A DNA stretch of 28,953 nt from a virus. Lineage: Duplodnaviria > Caudoviricetes. Position 1 is the first letter of the stretch, and each line of letters starts with the position of its first letter. Below, piece after piece: positions 1 through 8,867 of this stretch. The stretch spans positions 1-28,953 of the IMG/VR virus record IMGVR_UViG_3300044698_000200; one strand, given 5' to 3'. Position numbers and translations under genes: made by a program. The notes beneath the pieces are model-generated. The model was not told the origin of the DNA, searched no databases, and saw only the letters and a list, made by a program, of their open reading frames with translations.

Positions 1-554
1 ACGTTAACTATCGCGACATTGTTGTCAGGATCGGCATTTGCTAGAGCGAATTCAGTCGGGTCAAACGACGTCCCATCGTAGAGGTCCGAAATGTAAAAAC
101 GTTGGCTGTTTCGCTCGGCAAACAGAGAATAGCCATCTTGAAAAGCGACGCCTACCGCGTTCGTCGCGCCAGAATTGACCAGCGTCGACACAGTCGCGAT
201 GTAGATGTCGACATCCGAAACAATGGCAACCTGTGTCCCGTTGGACGCCATCGACACCAAGCCTGTGCCGGATATCGAGCCAAGAAACGTCGATGCCTTG
301 TTCGCATCTACGACATAAAGCCCGGTCCCGACGACGACAAACAGATGGTCGACCATGGTGTGCATGCCGCGTATTGCGCCAGTCGCCGAGATCGTCGACC
401 ACAAGCGTAACCCCGGAGTCCCATGCAATGAAAACGGCACTTTCGACTCGGCTGGCTTCGGTTCCATGTACAGGTTGAGTAAACGTTGCGCTGACACCGG
501 CAAAGACCGGTCCCGGTAGGAGTTCGTCGCCAAGCTGATAGGTTGACGCGCCAC
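1..554 (-). CDS. P22 gp10-like tail hub / packaged DNA stabilization protein (N-terminal part; gene runs off the left edge)
   Basis: Not in the ORF track because it has no stop in the window. Hand translation from GTG at 554 (overlapping the upstream TAG) gives MARQPISLATNSYRDRSLPVSAQRLLNLYMEPKP...LHGTPGL...FQDGYSLF...FYISDLYDGTSFDPTEFALANADPD, the typical gp10-family pattern. It follows the adaptor gene. Confidence 0.85.
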   Translation of the reverse strand, partial: MARQPISLATNSYRDRSLPVSAQRLLNLYMEPKPAESKVPFSLHGTPGLRLWSTISATGAIRGMHTMVDHLFVVVGTGLYVVDANKASTFLGSISGTGLVSMASNGTQVAIVSDVDIYIATVSTLVNSGATNAVGVAFQDGYSLFAERNSQRFYISDLYDGTSFDPTEFALANADPDNNVAIVN

Positions 555-1789
555 TAGTAATACTCCACATATGCGGGCTTGCTCGATACCTTGGCGGCCA
601 TCTGTGCTTTGAGGTCGCCAAAGGCGATATCGGCGCGCTGCTTGAACAGCATCGCACTACCGGGGTCTACGCGTCCAAGACGCGGTGCTAGTGAGTACGT
701 CAGGATATCAGCCAGTGGGCCCATTGCGCGGTCTGGTATCGCCGTCGTCGTGAAGTTGATGACGTTGTCTTTGATCAAGCGCGCGAACTCGTAGTCAACA
801 CAGTCCTTAGCTGCCTGCAGTGCTGCGGCCGGCGCTGTCTCACCGATCACGATGTAACCGGTGGCCTGCAGCGCAAGGTAAGCGAGCTCTTCCTTCGTGT
901 CTATGTAGCTTGTCTTGGCGACCACGTGCCGCCGCAGCATCCCCTCGCCCGCCGCCGCGGTCTGCGCAAGTTCAGCCATGCGAGCTACGAGGCCGAAGCT
1001 CGGCGCTAGCCTGAATGACACAATGTCGCGCAGTGCGTCCTGCGCATAGTCTGGAATGACCTGGCTATCGAAGCCCGCTATCTCTGCGCCGGTGGCCAGA
1101 TAGCCCGAGCCATTCGACGCCTGTGTCACCTCCGCGCCCCAGAAGTACGTATTGGCCGTCGCGCCGTCGCCGGCAAAATCTTTGTCACCGTCCGCGTTGG
1201 CGCTCTGTATTTTGAATGTATGCGCTGCCGCAGTGCCGGAGAATGTTATCGAGCAGCGATACCAGCCATCAGGCCACTGCTCGATGGTGGCCGTTGCAGC
1301 GGCGCCCACAGTTCCAACTAGGCCGTTGGCGAGGTCGAAATACGCTGTACATGAGGCGATAGTGTCATCCGACAGGTACACCCAATCTTTGTCACCGGCC
1401 TTCGCCCACACGCGCAGCACGTGGTCGACCGCGGTGAGCGTGGCGACCTGCGACCAGCCGTGGTCGGTATCTGTCGCGCTTGCAGCAATCGAGTCACCGG
1501 AGCTTTCGCCGTCAGGCGCTGCGATGCTGTCCGGCGCCACGACATCAGTCCCGTCCGTTTGGGCCCAAACAGCAGCGCTAAAATCCTCGCTGTAACGAAG
1601 AAGGTTCGCCTGGACATCAGCCTCACCCCAATCAAGTCCGCCCCATTTGCGCACCTCGCCCACGACCGACGCGATTTTGGCGTCGACTAGAGCCGCGTCT
1701 TCGGCGCTCGCTTCCTCACCGGCGGCAATCACCGCCAGGTGCTGGAGCACCGACTTGCGTAGGTCTGCGCGCGTGAAGTTTGCCATCAT
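554..1789 (-). CDS. Head-tail adaptor (P22 gp4-like), tandemly duplicated, with an inserted beta-sandwich spike/carbohydrate-binding-like domain
   Basis: Two adaptor-like units (VLQHLAVIAAGEEASAED...IPDYAQDALRDIVSFRLAPSFG and ALQATGYIVIGETAPAAA...IPDRAMGPLADILTYSLAPRLG) and a C-terminal VEYY. Lies between capsid and tail hub. aa ~61-238 resemble part of 25272..27206. Confidence 0.75.
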   Translation of the reverse strand: MMANFTRADLRKSVLQHLAVIAAGEEASAEDAALVDAKIASVVGEVRKWGGLDWGEADVQANLLRYSEDFSAAVWAQTDGTDVVAPDSIAAPDGESSGDSIAASATDTDHGWSQVATLTAVDHVLRVWAKAGDKDWVYLSDDTIASCTAYFDLANGLVGTVGAAATATIEQWPDGWYRCSITFSGTAAAHTFKIQSANADGDKDFAGDGATANTYFWGAEVTQASNGSGYLATGAEIAGFDSQVIPDYAQDALRDIVSFRLAPSFGLVARMAELAQTAAAGEGMLRRHVVAKTSYIDTKEELAYLALQATGYIVIGETAPAAALQAAKDCVDYEFARLIKDNVINFTTTAIPDRAMGPLADILTYSLAPRLGRVDPGSAMLFKQRADIAFGDLKAQMAAKVSSKPAYVEYY

Positions 1790-2049
1790 TCACCGGCGGG
1801 CGTGGGTTCGTCCTTCGCGCCGAAATGGTCGGGCTTGCGATGTCCCAGGCGCTTCTTGGATTCGACGATCTGAAAGTGGTCGTTGTTTTTGAGCTTGCCA
1901 GCCAGGCGGCCTTCGCCGACGTCGATGGCTTTGCCGCCGCGTTCGAAAACGTAGCGCGTCTTGCGCTCGTTGTCGTCTGGGTCTTCGATCACGAGTTCGC
2001 GCGGCCCTTCGCCGTGATCGTGCGGATTGCCCACATAGATAAATTCCAT
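1786..2049 (-). CDS. Small hypothetical protein of the head module
   Basis: 87 aa, GGGGA RBS, stop overlaps the adaptor start (ATGA), immediately downstream of the major capsid gene. Confidence 0.7.
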   Translation of the reverse strand: MEFIYVGNPHDHGEGPRELVIEDPDDNERKTRYVFERGGKAIDVGEGRLAGKLKNNDHFQIVESKKRLGHRKPDHFGAKDEPTPAGE

Positions 2050-2050
2050 T

Positions 2051-2098
2051 TGAGTCCCCTTTCGGGAAGCTCAGGGGCGCCCCGAAGGACGGCCCCCT
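2051..2098 (-). promoter_or_regulatory. Two tandem GC-rich hairpins after the capsid gene (cUUCGg and GAAA tetraloops); the second covers the RBS of the next gene
   Basis: Minus strand reads AGGGG-GC-CGTCC-TTCG-GGGCG-CCCCT then TGAG-C-TTCCC-GAAA-GGGGA-CTCA-A-ATG. There is no U-tract. Confidence 0.6.
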
Positions 2099-2115
2099 CA
2101 CTCCTCCCGAAAACC

Positions 2116-3186
2116 TTACGCGTCAGCGGCGGCGGCGAAATAGCCGGTCACCACGCCGTGCTGAACGTTGTTGAAAAACAGCTTCTCGACGCCGCGATTT
2201 TCTTGGACCGCGACGCCGGGGCGAAACTGATAATCCTTCTGCATATCGACGATGCTCTTAGTACGGCTCTTGATGGCCATACCCAGCGCCTGCGCGCCGC
2301 ACATCAGTACGGTGTGGACGGGAGCGCTCGACGCTCCGACGGTGCCGATAGTAAGCAGTTCTGGCACTTCGATGATGATGCAGCCCTTCCATACCAGCGA
2401 GCCATCGACAAAAAGCGGGTTGCCCTTGCCTCGCTGCATGGCGCTTGTATGCGCGCTGATAATCACCGAGTCATTCGAGAAGTCACGAAACGGGTCGCTG
2501 CCAGCAAACACAACAAACCACTCGCCGCCGCCGTCAACTCGAATTGGACGAATCGGTGCATTCGTTGGGCTTTTGGCCATGCGCTTCATCAGCGATAGCT
2601 TGGCTGAGGTGAACGTATCAGCTGTCGTATCGCAGTTCGAGAGCGACGCACTGTGGTCGTTCGATGAGTTATTGGACTTCAGTGCACCGAAAAGAACGCG
2701 GTCGGCATTGGCAGCAAGCCATGCGTCCTTTTGTGTTTCGGTCGCGTCGGCATATGCAACGCCACCGCCAATAACAGGGCACTGCAATTCGCGGATAATT
2801 TCATCGCGAATTTTGTCCTGCATCCACAGCTTGAGCATCATGCGACCTGCGTCGCGGATGTTCATTACGGTCTTGTCTTCTTCTTCGAGCGTTACGCGCA
2901 CGCCATGACGAATATAGGTCGTCGTGATCGGATGCGCGTAGTCCGAGAGATCCTCTTCGGCTCCGTCCAGTTCAGTATTGCCTGTGACACCATCGCCCTC
3001 GAGCTTGCGAATCAACGAGATATTGGTCGTCGCCCCAGGCTTCTTGCTGATGTCCTTGACGTGCACGACCGCGTTTTCGCTCGCCCCGGTGTACGGGTTG
3101 AACTGGCTTCCGCGGTGGTAGTCCTTAAAGAATTTCTCGTCCCAATGTTCCGCCTGATTGGCGCTACTGATCGTTACTTCACTCAT
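2116..3186 (-). CDS. Major capsid protein (HK97 fold, N4-gp56/DUF4043-like)
   Basis: 356 aa with LEGDGVTGNTELDGAEEDL, RHGV, IRPIRV, NPLF..GSLVW.G, LMCGAQALG, DYQFRPGVAV and GVEKLFFN motifs. Located after the scaffold gene. Confidence 0.9.
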   Translation of the reverse strand: MSEVTISSANQAEHWDEKFFKDYHRGSQFNPYTGASENAVVHVKDISKKPGATTNISLIRKLEGDGVTGNTELDGAEEDLSDYAHPITTTYIRHGVRVTLEEEDKTVMNIRDAGRMMLKLWMQDKIRDEIIRELQCPVIGGGVAYADATETQKDAWLAANADRVLFGALKSNNSSNDHSASLSNCDTTADTFTSAKLSLMKRMAKSPTNAPIRPIRVDGGGEWFVVFAGSDPFRDFSNDSVIISAHTSAMQRGKGNPLFVDGSLVWKGCIIIEVPELLTIGTVGASSAPVHTVLMCGAQALGMAIKSRTKSIVDMQKDYQFRPGVAVQENRGVEKLFFNNVQHGVVTGYFAAAADA

Positions 3187-3210
3187 CGTTTGCCTCGATG
3201 CGCGCTGACC

Positions 3211-4035
3211 TTATGTAAGAGGCCAAATGTCGCGCGGTGAAGCTCGACTCGGCAAGTCCTTAGCACCACCACCTTGAGCACGGGCATTCGCGACGCCAGA
3301 CGGCACGACAACGGTGCCCTTCTTTTTTCGCTCTTCAAGCTCTTGCTTGAGGCGGGCGTTTTCGTCCTGCAGCGTCTTGAGACTGTCGGGATTAAAATCT
3401 TTAGTCTCGATGTACTTTTTCACCGCTTTGTACGCGGCAAGCGCCGGCATTGCGGCTTTGTCCACGCGCTGCAAGATTGACGGATCGGCTTTGACGGCGT
3501 CCAAATAGTGGGTTCCCATCAGATCGTCATAGTCGGCGAATTGATCGCGCGCTACTTCCTCCGATGCGTTGATCTTCCACTCCCGCAAAGCCTTGTCTTG
3601 CTGTGACCGCACGTTTTTCAGTGCGCCCGGCAAGTCGTCTAGTATCGCGTCATCCGATTCGTAGGGGTCGGCTTCTGGCTCTTTAGCGGTCTGCTGCTGC
3701 CGTTGCTCTGCGAGCGCCTGCAGTTCATTGATCCGCTTTTGTGCCGCGTCAAGCTGTTGTTTTAACGCTTGTTTCTGCTTCCGCTCCTCTTGGAGCGCCG
3801 GGAGTGGAACAGACTTCGAGGATTGGTCAGCGCTCGGCGGCTCGCTAGGTGAGTCAGGCTGTTCGCTGCTCTCGGCGTCTAGCTGCGCATCAGGCCCACC
3901 GGCCTGCGCCTCGACGTCGATGTCAGCGCCTCCCTGGCTCTCTTCGCCCGTGGTGGATTCATCCGCGACGTTGTCAGACGCGCTAGGCGCATCCACTACG
4001 TCGCTTGACCCACCTTCATCAATCCATCCAGTCAT
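3211..4035 (-). CDS. Capsid scaffolding protein
   Basis: Acidic disordered N-terminus, VPLPALQEERKQKQ coiled coil, located between portal and capsid genes; GGGGAG RBS. Confidence 0.8.
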   Translation of the reverse strand: MTGWIDEGGSSDVVDAPSASDNVADESTTGEESQGGADIDVEAQAGGPDAQLDAESSEQPDSPSEPPSADQSSKSVPLPALQEERKQKQALKQQLDAAQKRINELQALAEQRQQQTAKEPEADPYESDDAILDDLPGALKNVRSQQDKALREWKINASEEVARDQFADYDDLMGTHYLDAVKADPSILQRVDKAAMPALAAYKAVKKYIETKDFNPDSLKTLQDENARLKQELEERKKKGTVVVPSGVANARAQGGGAKDLPSRASPRDIWPLT

Positions 4036-4116
4036 GTTTCTCCCCGCCCTTACGCTGGCGGCGCGATATGCATGGGAGTTTGCACGACGCCGATACTATC
4101 CACAATAATGTGGAGT

Positions 4117-4137
4117 GTAATTAGTATTTATTGTTTA
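4117..4137 (-). promoter_or_regulatory. Shared 21-bp AT-rich motif, copy 1 (candidate late promoter or operator upstream of scaffold/capsid)
   Basis: Plus strand GTAATTAGTATTTATTGTTTA matches 8305-8325 at 20/21 positions. A TCCACA-ATAA-TGTGGA palindrome is adjacent at 4099-4114. Confidence 0.6.
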
Positions 4138-4173
4138 TTGTTTAGGCGAAGGATCTGGACTAATCTATTTCGC

Positions 4174-4383
4174 ATGGACACAACCGACATCGACGTTTTG
4201 GAACTCAAGGGTCAATTGGCACGACAAGGCACACCGATGTGGAAGGCCGCATCGAGCATAGGCGTATCGCCGCCGGCCCTGTCTCATTATCTTTGCGGAC
4301 GCATCAAAGCGCCGCCGAGTCTGCGGTCGAAATTGGAGAAGTTTTTAGGGCTGGAGCCCGGCGCGCTCAAGAGGCAAGCCTAG
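4174..4383 (+). CDS. Small XRE/Cro-type HTH regulator, antisense within the head module
   Basis: MDTTDIDVLELKGQLARQGTPMWKAASSIGVSPPALSHYLCGRIKAP is an HTH pattern. ATG 4174 lies 7 nt after TTGTTT-N17-TAATCT (4138-4166), suggesting a leaderless mRNA. Confidence 0.75.
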   Translation: MDTTDIDVLELKGQLARQGTPMWKAASSIGVSPPALSHYLCGRIKAPPSLRSKLEKFLGLEPGALKRQA

Positions 4384-4404
4384 CTCCCGCAGACTGCAGG
4401 GGGA

Positions 4405-6303
4405 TCACAGCGCGGGAGCCAGGCCGCCGTTTGACGATTGTGCCACGTCTTCCTTGCCTATGCCTGCAAGTGTTTCCATAGCTTCCGCGCGCTCGCTGAC
4501 CACCTCTGCCAGAACCTTCTCGGTTTCGGCCTTGAGCTTCTCGAGCTCTGCGGTCTTGGTAGCAAACTCCAGTTGCATCGCCTCCATTTGTATCGCCTGC
4601 TGTTGCTGTTGTGCTTGTGCCGCCGCCTGCTGTTGTTCGGGTGTTGCGCCGCCGCTCTCGATGAGGTCGATGAGTTCTTGCTTGTTGCGCAAGGTCGAGG
4701 CCTTGATCAGCACTGTCGGCGGAATCGGCACGCCGCTCGAGGCCATCTGAGCCAACGTCTCGAATTGCTCCTGTGACAGAGTCACGATGTCCGGCGCTTC
4801 GTCGATGGTAATGTCAGCGTTCATCTCGCCGAGATTGTTTTCTACGGCCACAACTTGACCAAGTTGCTGCGCCGTCTCCGGCGATGTCTGCATGATTTCT
4901 TGTAGCTGCTCTTGGCTAAGCTTCCCCTCGCGAATCATCATTTCGGCTAAGGTCACCTCTTTGTTAATGACCAAGTGCACGTCTTTGTTGTCTTCGCCAG
5001 AAACGCGAATCCAGCGCTGAGCGCTCCAAAACTGCTTAGCGCGCAGCCATATTGCTTTATAGACCTCAAGCTTGAGCTTGCGCATCCGCGAGAACACAGC
5101 TTCAAGTTCCACGGTGCCACCCTGTTGCCTGGCTTGGATGGCTCGACCGCTTTGACCTCCGCCTTCCTTGCCAGCCAAGGCGGCATTGGCGCCTACTGCG
5201 TCGATTTCGTTTTTAGACTCCTGAAGCAAGGTGAATTGGTCGGCCACCATGTCGTTGTGCGGAATCATCTGCCATTGCTTGCCGGGGTTGTATTCCACGT
5301 AGCCATCGCTCCGGTTTATTTGCGTGCGCATTTTGTCGACGTCGTCGATGGCGCCCTTCTCGCCCATCGATTGGCGGTTCGACAGCAAATGAAGCGCCTT
5401 GCTTCGGCGATGGTTCACTTCATCTTGAATGTCGAGGAGGTGCTTTATCGCGCCGTAGCGGTTGTTTTCGCGGTCGATTTTGATCGACATCACGTAGATG
5501 CTCTTATCGGGCCGCCCCCATCGGTCCTGGTATGGTGACACTTCGGGCGCCTCCAAGAATCCGCCCCGGACAAAGGTGCACATCCACCACTCGCCGCCAT
5601 GGCGGTATTGCATGTGCACGACCTTGATGCGCTGGCGGTCGTCGTTGCCGTTGCTTAGCCAGCGTGGGCGGTCGTTCGTCGTCTCGTCGTCGGTGCCAAT
5701 ATCGCTGCCGGAGTTGCGCAGCATCTTTTCAGACTCCGGCCAATCTTCGATAGCGTCCTCGACGTCCATCCAGACCACTTCGCCGAGAAACTTTGCGTCG
5801 CGGCCGTCGAGATAGCGGCTGTGCGGGTCGATAAAGAAGCGGTCCCACGGGATAGAACGAACGACGATGTGCCCTTCGTTGCCGTCCGGCGATGGTTCCA
5901 TTGCGACTTCGAGCGCCGCCGTGCCCTCGATGAATCCATTCTCGAAGCTCAATGACCACTCGTTGTCGAAATCGTTTTCATCACACACATAGCGAATGGT
6001 CGCCGTCGCGACCTCTGCCGCTGGCTCGTCGTTCGGTTCACGCGGGTGAGCTTTCGGGTCGGTGCGGGTTTTGGCCTCCATGCCCGTGATAAAGTCGACT
6101 TTAGGAGCGATGCGGTTGATCGTGACGATGGGTTGCCCCCGACGCATCAGGGTCGCCTTCTCCTCTTCCGTCCACTGGTAGCCGTCGTAGTAGTTGCGGG
6201 CCTTCTCGGCGAGATTGCGCGCAAACTGCGTGTTGTCCTCATACGAGTTGTAAAAACGGATCATCCGCTCCAGATTCTTGTCGTCTGTCATGTTGCGCTG
6301 CAT
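4405..6303 (-). CDS. Portal protein (P22-like)
   Basis: 632 aa with YYDGYQW, RGQP.VTINRIAPKVDFITG, FFIDP, LLDIQDEVNHRRSK, SGRAIQARQQGG and a Gln-rich C-terminal barrel. Directly follows TerL. Confidence 0.93.
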   Translation of the reverse strand: MQRNMTDDKNLERMIRFYNSYEDNTQFARNLAEKARNYYDGYQWTEEEKATLMRRGQPIVTINRIAPKVDFITGMEAKTRTDPKAHPREPNDEPAAEVATATIRYVCDENDFDNEWSLSFENGFIEGTAALEVAMEPSPDGNEGHIVVRSIPWDRFFIDPHSRYLDGRDAKFLGEVVWMDVEDAIEDWPESEKMLRNSGSDIGTDDETTNDRPRWLSNGNDDRQRIKVVHMQYRHGGEWWMCTFVRGGFLEAPEVSPYQDRWGRPDKSIYVMSIKIDRENNRYGAIKHLLDIQDEVNHRRSKALHLLSNRQSMGEKGAIDDVDKMRTQINRSDGYVEYNPGKQWQMIPHNDMVADQFTLLQESKNEIDAVGANAALAGKEGGGQSGRAIQARQQGGTVELEAVFSRMRKLKLEVYKAIWLRAKQFWSAQRWIRVSGEDNKDVHLVINKEVTLAEMMIREGKLSQEQLQEIMQTSPETAQQLGQVVAVENNLGEMNADITIDEAPDIVTLSQEQFETLAQMASSGVPIPPTVLIKASTLRNKQELIDLIESGGATPEQQQAAAQAQQQQQAIQMEAMQLEFATKTAELEKLKAETEKVLAEVVSERAEAMETLAGIGKEDVAQSSNGGLAPAL

Positions 6304-6306
6304 GGG

Positions 6307-7758
6307 CTACACTCTCCAGCTCTGGCCTTCGCCTTGCTCGGCAAGGTCCCAACTGCTTCGTTTCGGCGGTGGCTTGGTGACCGGCACAATCGCCGGGTGA
6401 GTCATCTCGAGCGCGTTGGCCATCAGCGAGCAGACATCGACGGCGTCGTCGTGCTTTCCCCGTGGAAACCGTACGAGTTGGTCGATGAGTCGGTCGCCTA
6501 GTTCGCCATAAGGGATGTAGACCTTGCCCAGGGAAGCGCGGGCCTGGAACGCACGTGCTCGGGTCGGCTTGTCGGCGACTGATGCAATGTACTCGACATG
6601 CGGGTAGATGCGGCGCTCGGTGGTAAGGCGCTTGAAGATCGGCTCGACGGCCTTGCGAATGACGCCGCCCTCGCCAAACATGGCAAAGCTCTGGTGCTGC
6701 TTGTGCAGACTAAGGCCTTTGTCTATCCAGACGTCGGCGGCGGTTTGTCCATACCACCAGTCGGCCATCCACATATTATCGTCGTTGTCGATGCCCCAGA
6801 CACCATGCTCGGTGTAGTCGCCGCCGTCCTCGGTGACTGCGTAGTCGCTAGCGATGTACTTATTGAGCCGTTCGGGCTGCTCGCCGGGGCGGAATCGACG
6901 AAACCATTCGCGTTGGAAGAAGATGCCGCCCTCGGGCTGCGGTCTCTGCTGGTAGAGCGATTCCCAATCGCGACGCTGCATGTTGGCGCGCATGCGGTGC
7001 AGCGCCTCGAGTGGATACCACGCCGGCCACAGCGCCCGCTCACGCGGCGTGCCCTCGTCGGCGATGGCCGGCAAAGTCAGGCGGTAGTAGCGGTCGCCGT
7101 GCTCTTTCTTTGCTCGCTCGTCGATGCGCCCAACAAGGTCGTCTTCGTGCCACCTGGTATGCATCACGATGATGGCGCCGCCCGGCATGAGGCGGCTCTG
7201 TAGGTCGCTAGTGAAGATATTCCAGATGTAGTCGCGCCGCCGCTCGCTGTCGGCCTCTTCGCGGTTCTTGAACGGGTCGTCGATAATCTCCACATTGGCG
7301 CCGTGGCCGGTGATGGCGCCGCCGATGCCTGTCGCGAGATAGATGCCGCCGTCGCTCGTGTGCCAGCGATTGGCGGCCTTCGAATCTTGCGCTAGATCGA
7401 CCGCCGGGAACACGCGACCGTACGAGCTTGAACCTACAAGGTTACGCACGCGACGACCGAACCCAACAGCAAGCTCGTCCGCATAGGAGACGGTGATTAT
7501 CTGCCATGTGGGCCGGCGGCCAAGCAGCCACGCCGGGTAGTGCACTGACACGATTTCTGATTTGCCGTGCCGCGGCGGTGCTTCGATGATGAGACGGTCG
7601 ATCTCGCCGCGCTCGACGCGCTCGAGCACATCGCAGATTTCGCGATGATGGTCGCCGACCTCGTAGCCAGGGCGCACGGCCATCAAGAACGCAAGCAGGC
7701 CCGTGCGCGCTGCGCGCCGGGCCGTCAGCTCTTTGGCCGCGTCGTATCGAGTGACCAT
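6307..7758 (-). CDS. terL: Terminase large subunit
   Basis: Walker A APPRHGKS, Walker B IIDDPFK, HTRWHEDDLVG, LYQQRP, and a nuclease domain with ASDYAV and GKHDDAVD. Confidence 0.95.
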   Translation of the reverse strand: MVTRYDAAKELTARRAARTGLLAFLMAVRPGYEVGDHHREICDVLERVERGEIDRLIIEAPPRHGKSEIVSVHYPAWLLGRRPTWQIITVSYADELAVGFGRRVRNLVGSSSYGRVFPAVDLAQDSKAANRWHTSDGGIYLATGIGGAITGHGANVEIIDDPFKNREEADSERRRDYIWNIFTSDLQSRLMPGGAIIVMHTRWHEDDLVGRIDERAKKEHGDRYYRLTLPAIADEGTPRERALWPAWYPLEALHRMRANMQRRDWESLYQQRPQPEGGIFFQREWFRRFRPGEQPERLNKYIASDYAVTEDGGDYTEHGVWGIDNDDNMWMADWWYGQTAADVWIDKGLSLHKQHQSFAMFGEGGVIRKAVEPIFKRLTTERRIYPHVEYIASVADKPTRARAFQARASLGKVYIPYGELGDRLIDQLVRFPRGKHDDAVDVCSLMANALEMTHPAIVPVTKPPPKRSSWDLAEQGEGQSWRV

Positions 7759-7759
7759 A

Positions 7760-8209
7760 TCAACCGGTGGTAACGGTCCGCATGTAGTACGCGACCAAGC
7801 TGATGATGCCTGTGCCGCCCCCTGCAGGGGCTGCCGTCACTAGGGCAAGAATGGTCGTGTCTACAGTGAGATCTTCGGGCAAAGCCTTGTATATGGGGAG
7901 ATAAATCCCTGCTTCCGGCTTGATACCAGTAATCGCATCGCCAGTGATGACGCCAGAATCAAGGTATTTTGCCGTGCTGCCGCTAATCCCAATGTCAATT
8001 TCGAGCGCCTCGGTTCCCGTGTCCAAATCCGCCCCAAACAGATCCATCTTTAGCAGCGTATGCCCAGCGGGGATTTTGCACATTTCCCAGACGTCGTTAA
8101 TCACGGGCGCGACAGCAAACGTCTTGGTGCCACGCGCGACCATGAGATTTGGCGACGAGATCAACGGATAGCCGGCGGCGGCTTGATCAAAAGTGAAGGT
8201 AGAAGCCAT
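7760..8209 (-). CDS. Probable capsid decoration/cement protein (beta-sandwich)
   Basis: Start at ATG 8209 with GGAGGG RBS. Pattern DVWEMCKIPAG...LDTG...IDIG...DTTILALVTAAP..GTG.ISLVAYY is typical of cement proteins normally found after podovirus capsid genes. Confidence 0.6.
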   Translation of the reverse strand: MASTFTFDQAAAGYPLISSPNLMVARGTKTFAVAPVINDVWEMCKIPAGHTLLKMDLFGADLDTGTEALEIDIGISGSTAKYLDSGVITGDAITGIKPEAGIYLPIYKALPEDLTVDTTILALVTAAPAGGGTGIISLVAYYMRTVTTG

Positions 8210-8304
8210 AGAGAACCCTCCCAGCATAATCGGTGTTTAATTCGGGAGGGTGAGGAGTAACCTATCGATACCCGCGTCCAGATTCGGACGCAATACATGC
8301 GGGC

Positions 8305-8325
8305 GTAATTAGTATTTAGTGTTTA
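8305..8325 (-). promoter_or_regulatory. Shared 21-bp AT-rich motif, copy 2 (overlaps the TerS stop, upstream of the decoration gene and terL)
   Basis: Plus strand GTAATTAGTATTTAGTGTTTA, one mismatch to 4117-4137. Confidence 0.6.
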
Positions 8326-8865
8326 CGCCTCGACACCTGGACTACCGGCGGCGATGATTGCCGCGAGTTCGTCGTCGCTGAGTTCTTCGGCCCGAATGAC
8401 CGTCGTGATTTGGCCGCTGTGATTGACGTTTGTCGTCGTGTTCTCGCGGTAAGCTGGTCGATGGCGCTTGAGCAGGAACATGAGCAACGTGTCCGAATAG
8501 CGGCGCTTGCTTCCCACCGGGCCGTCAGCGCCGAACATCGTTTCTTCGACACCGTCGACGGCCCGCGTAATGGCTGCTTTCTCCATGCGGTCAATAGCCG
8601 CCTCAAGGGCTGCCTCCCACGCCACGGCAAAGGCGGCGTCGTCGCTGCGCCACTTGTAGGCGGTGGTGCGCGAAATGAACGCCTCTTCGCACGCGCACGC
8701 CACGATGCCGTATTTCGCCAGACCTTCGAGGAAGAGCTTTTTGTGCTTTTGGTGTTCGTCGGGCAAGTCAGGTGGCACCGGTGGCTTGCGTGGTGTTGTC
8801 TTCTCGCCTCGTCGCGCAGACGCTGCGGTGCCCACGCGACGGGCTTTCTTTTTGTCGGTAGCCAT
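8323..8865 (-). CDS. terS: Terminase small subunit
   Basis: HTH-like FLEGLAKYGIVACACEEAFISRTTAYKWR, F..AWEAA, RAVDG and YSDTLLMFLLK motifs. Upstream of terL. Confidence 0.85.
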   Translation of the reverse strand: MATDKKKARRVGTAASARRGEKTTPRKPPVPPDLPDEHQKHKKLFLEGLAKYGIVACACEEAFISRTTAYKWRSDDAAFAVAWEAALEAAIDRMEKAAITRAVDGVEETMFGADGPVGSKRRYSDTLLMFLLKRHRPAYRENTTTNVNHSGQITTVIRAEELSDDELAAIIAAGSPGVEA

Positions 8866-8867
8866 AC

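Noticed and set aside
61-657. 198-aa minus-strand ORF from the track
   Set aside because: Wrong frame. The overlapping open frame from GTG 554 to the window edge has clear tail-hub motifs.
1780-3240. Long plus-strand ORFs (1780..2598, 2252..2908, 2731..3240)
   Set aside because: Antisense shadows of the capsid gene in GC-rich DNA, with no motifs.
4096-4104. DnaA-box-like CTATCCACA
   Set aside because: A single copy with a mismatch, better explained as half of the 4099-4114 palindrome.
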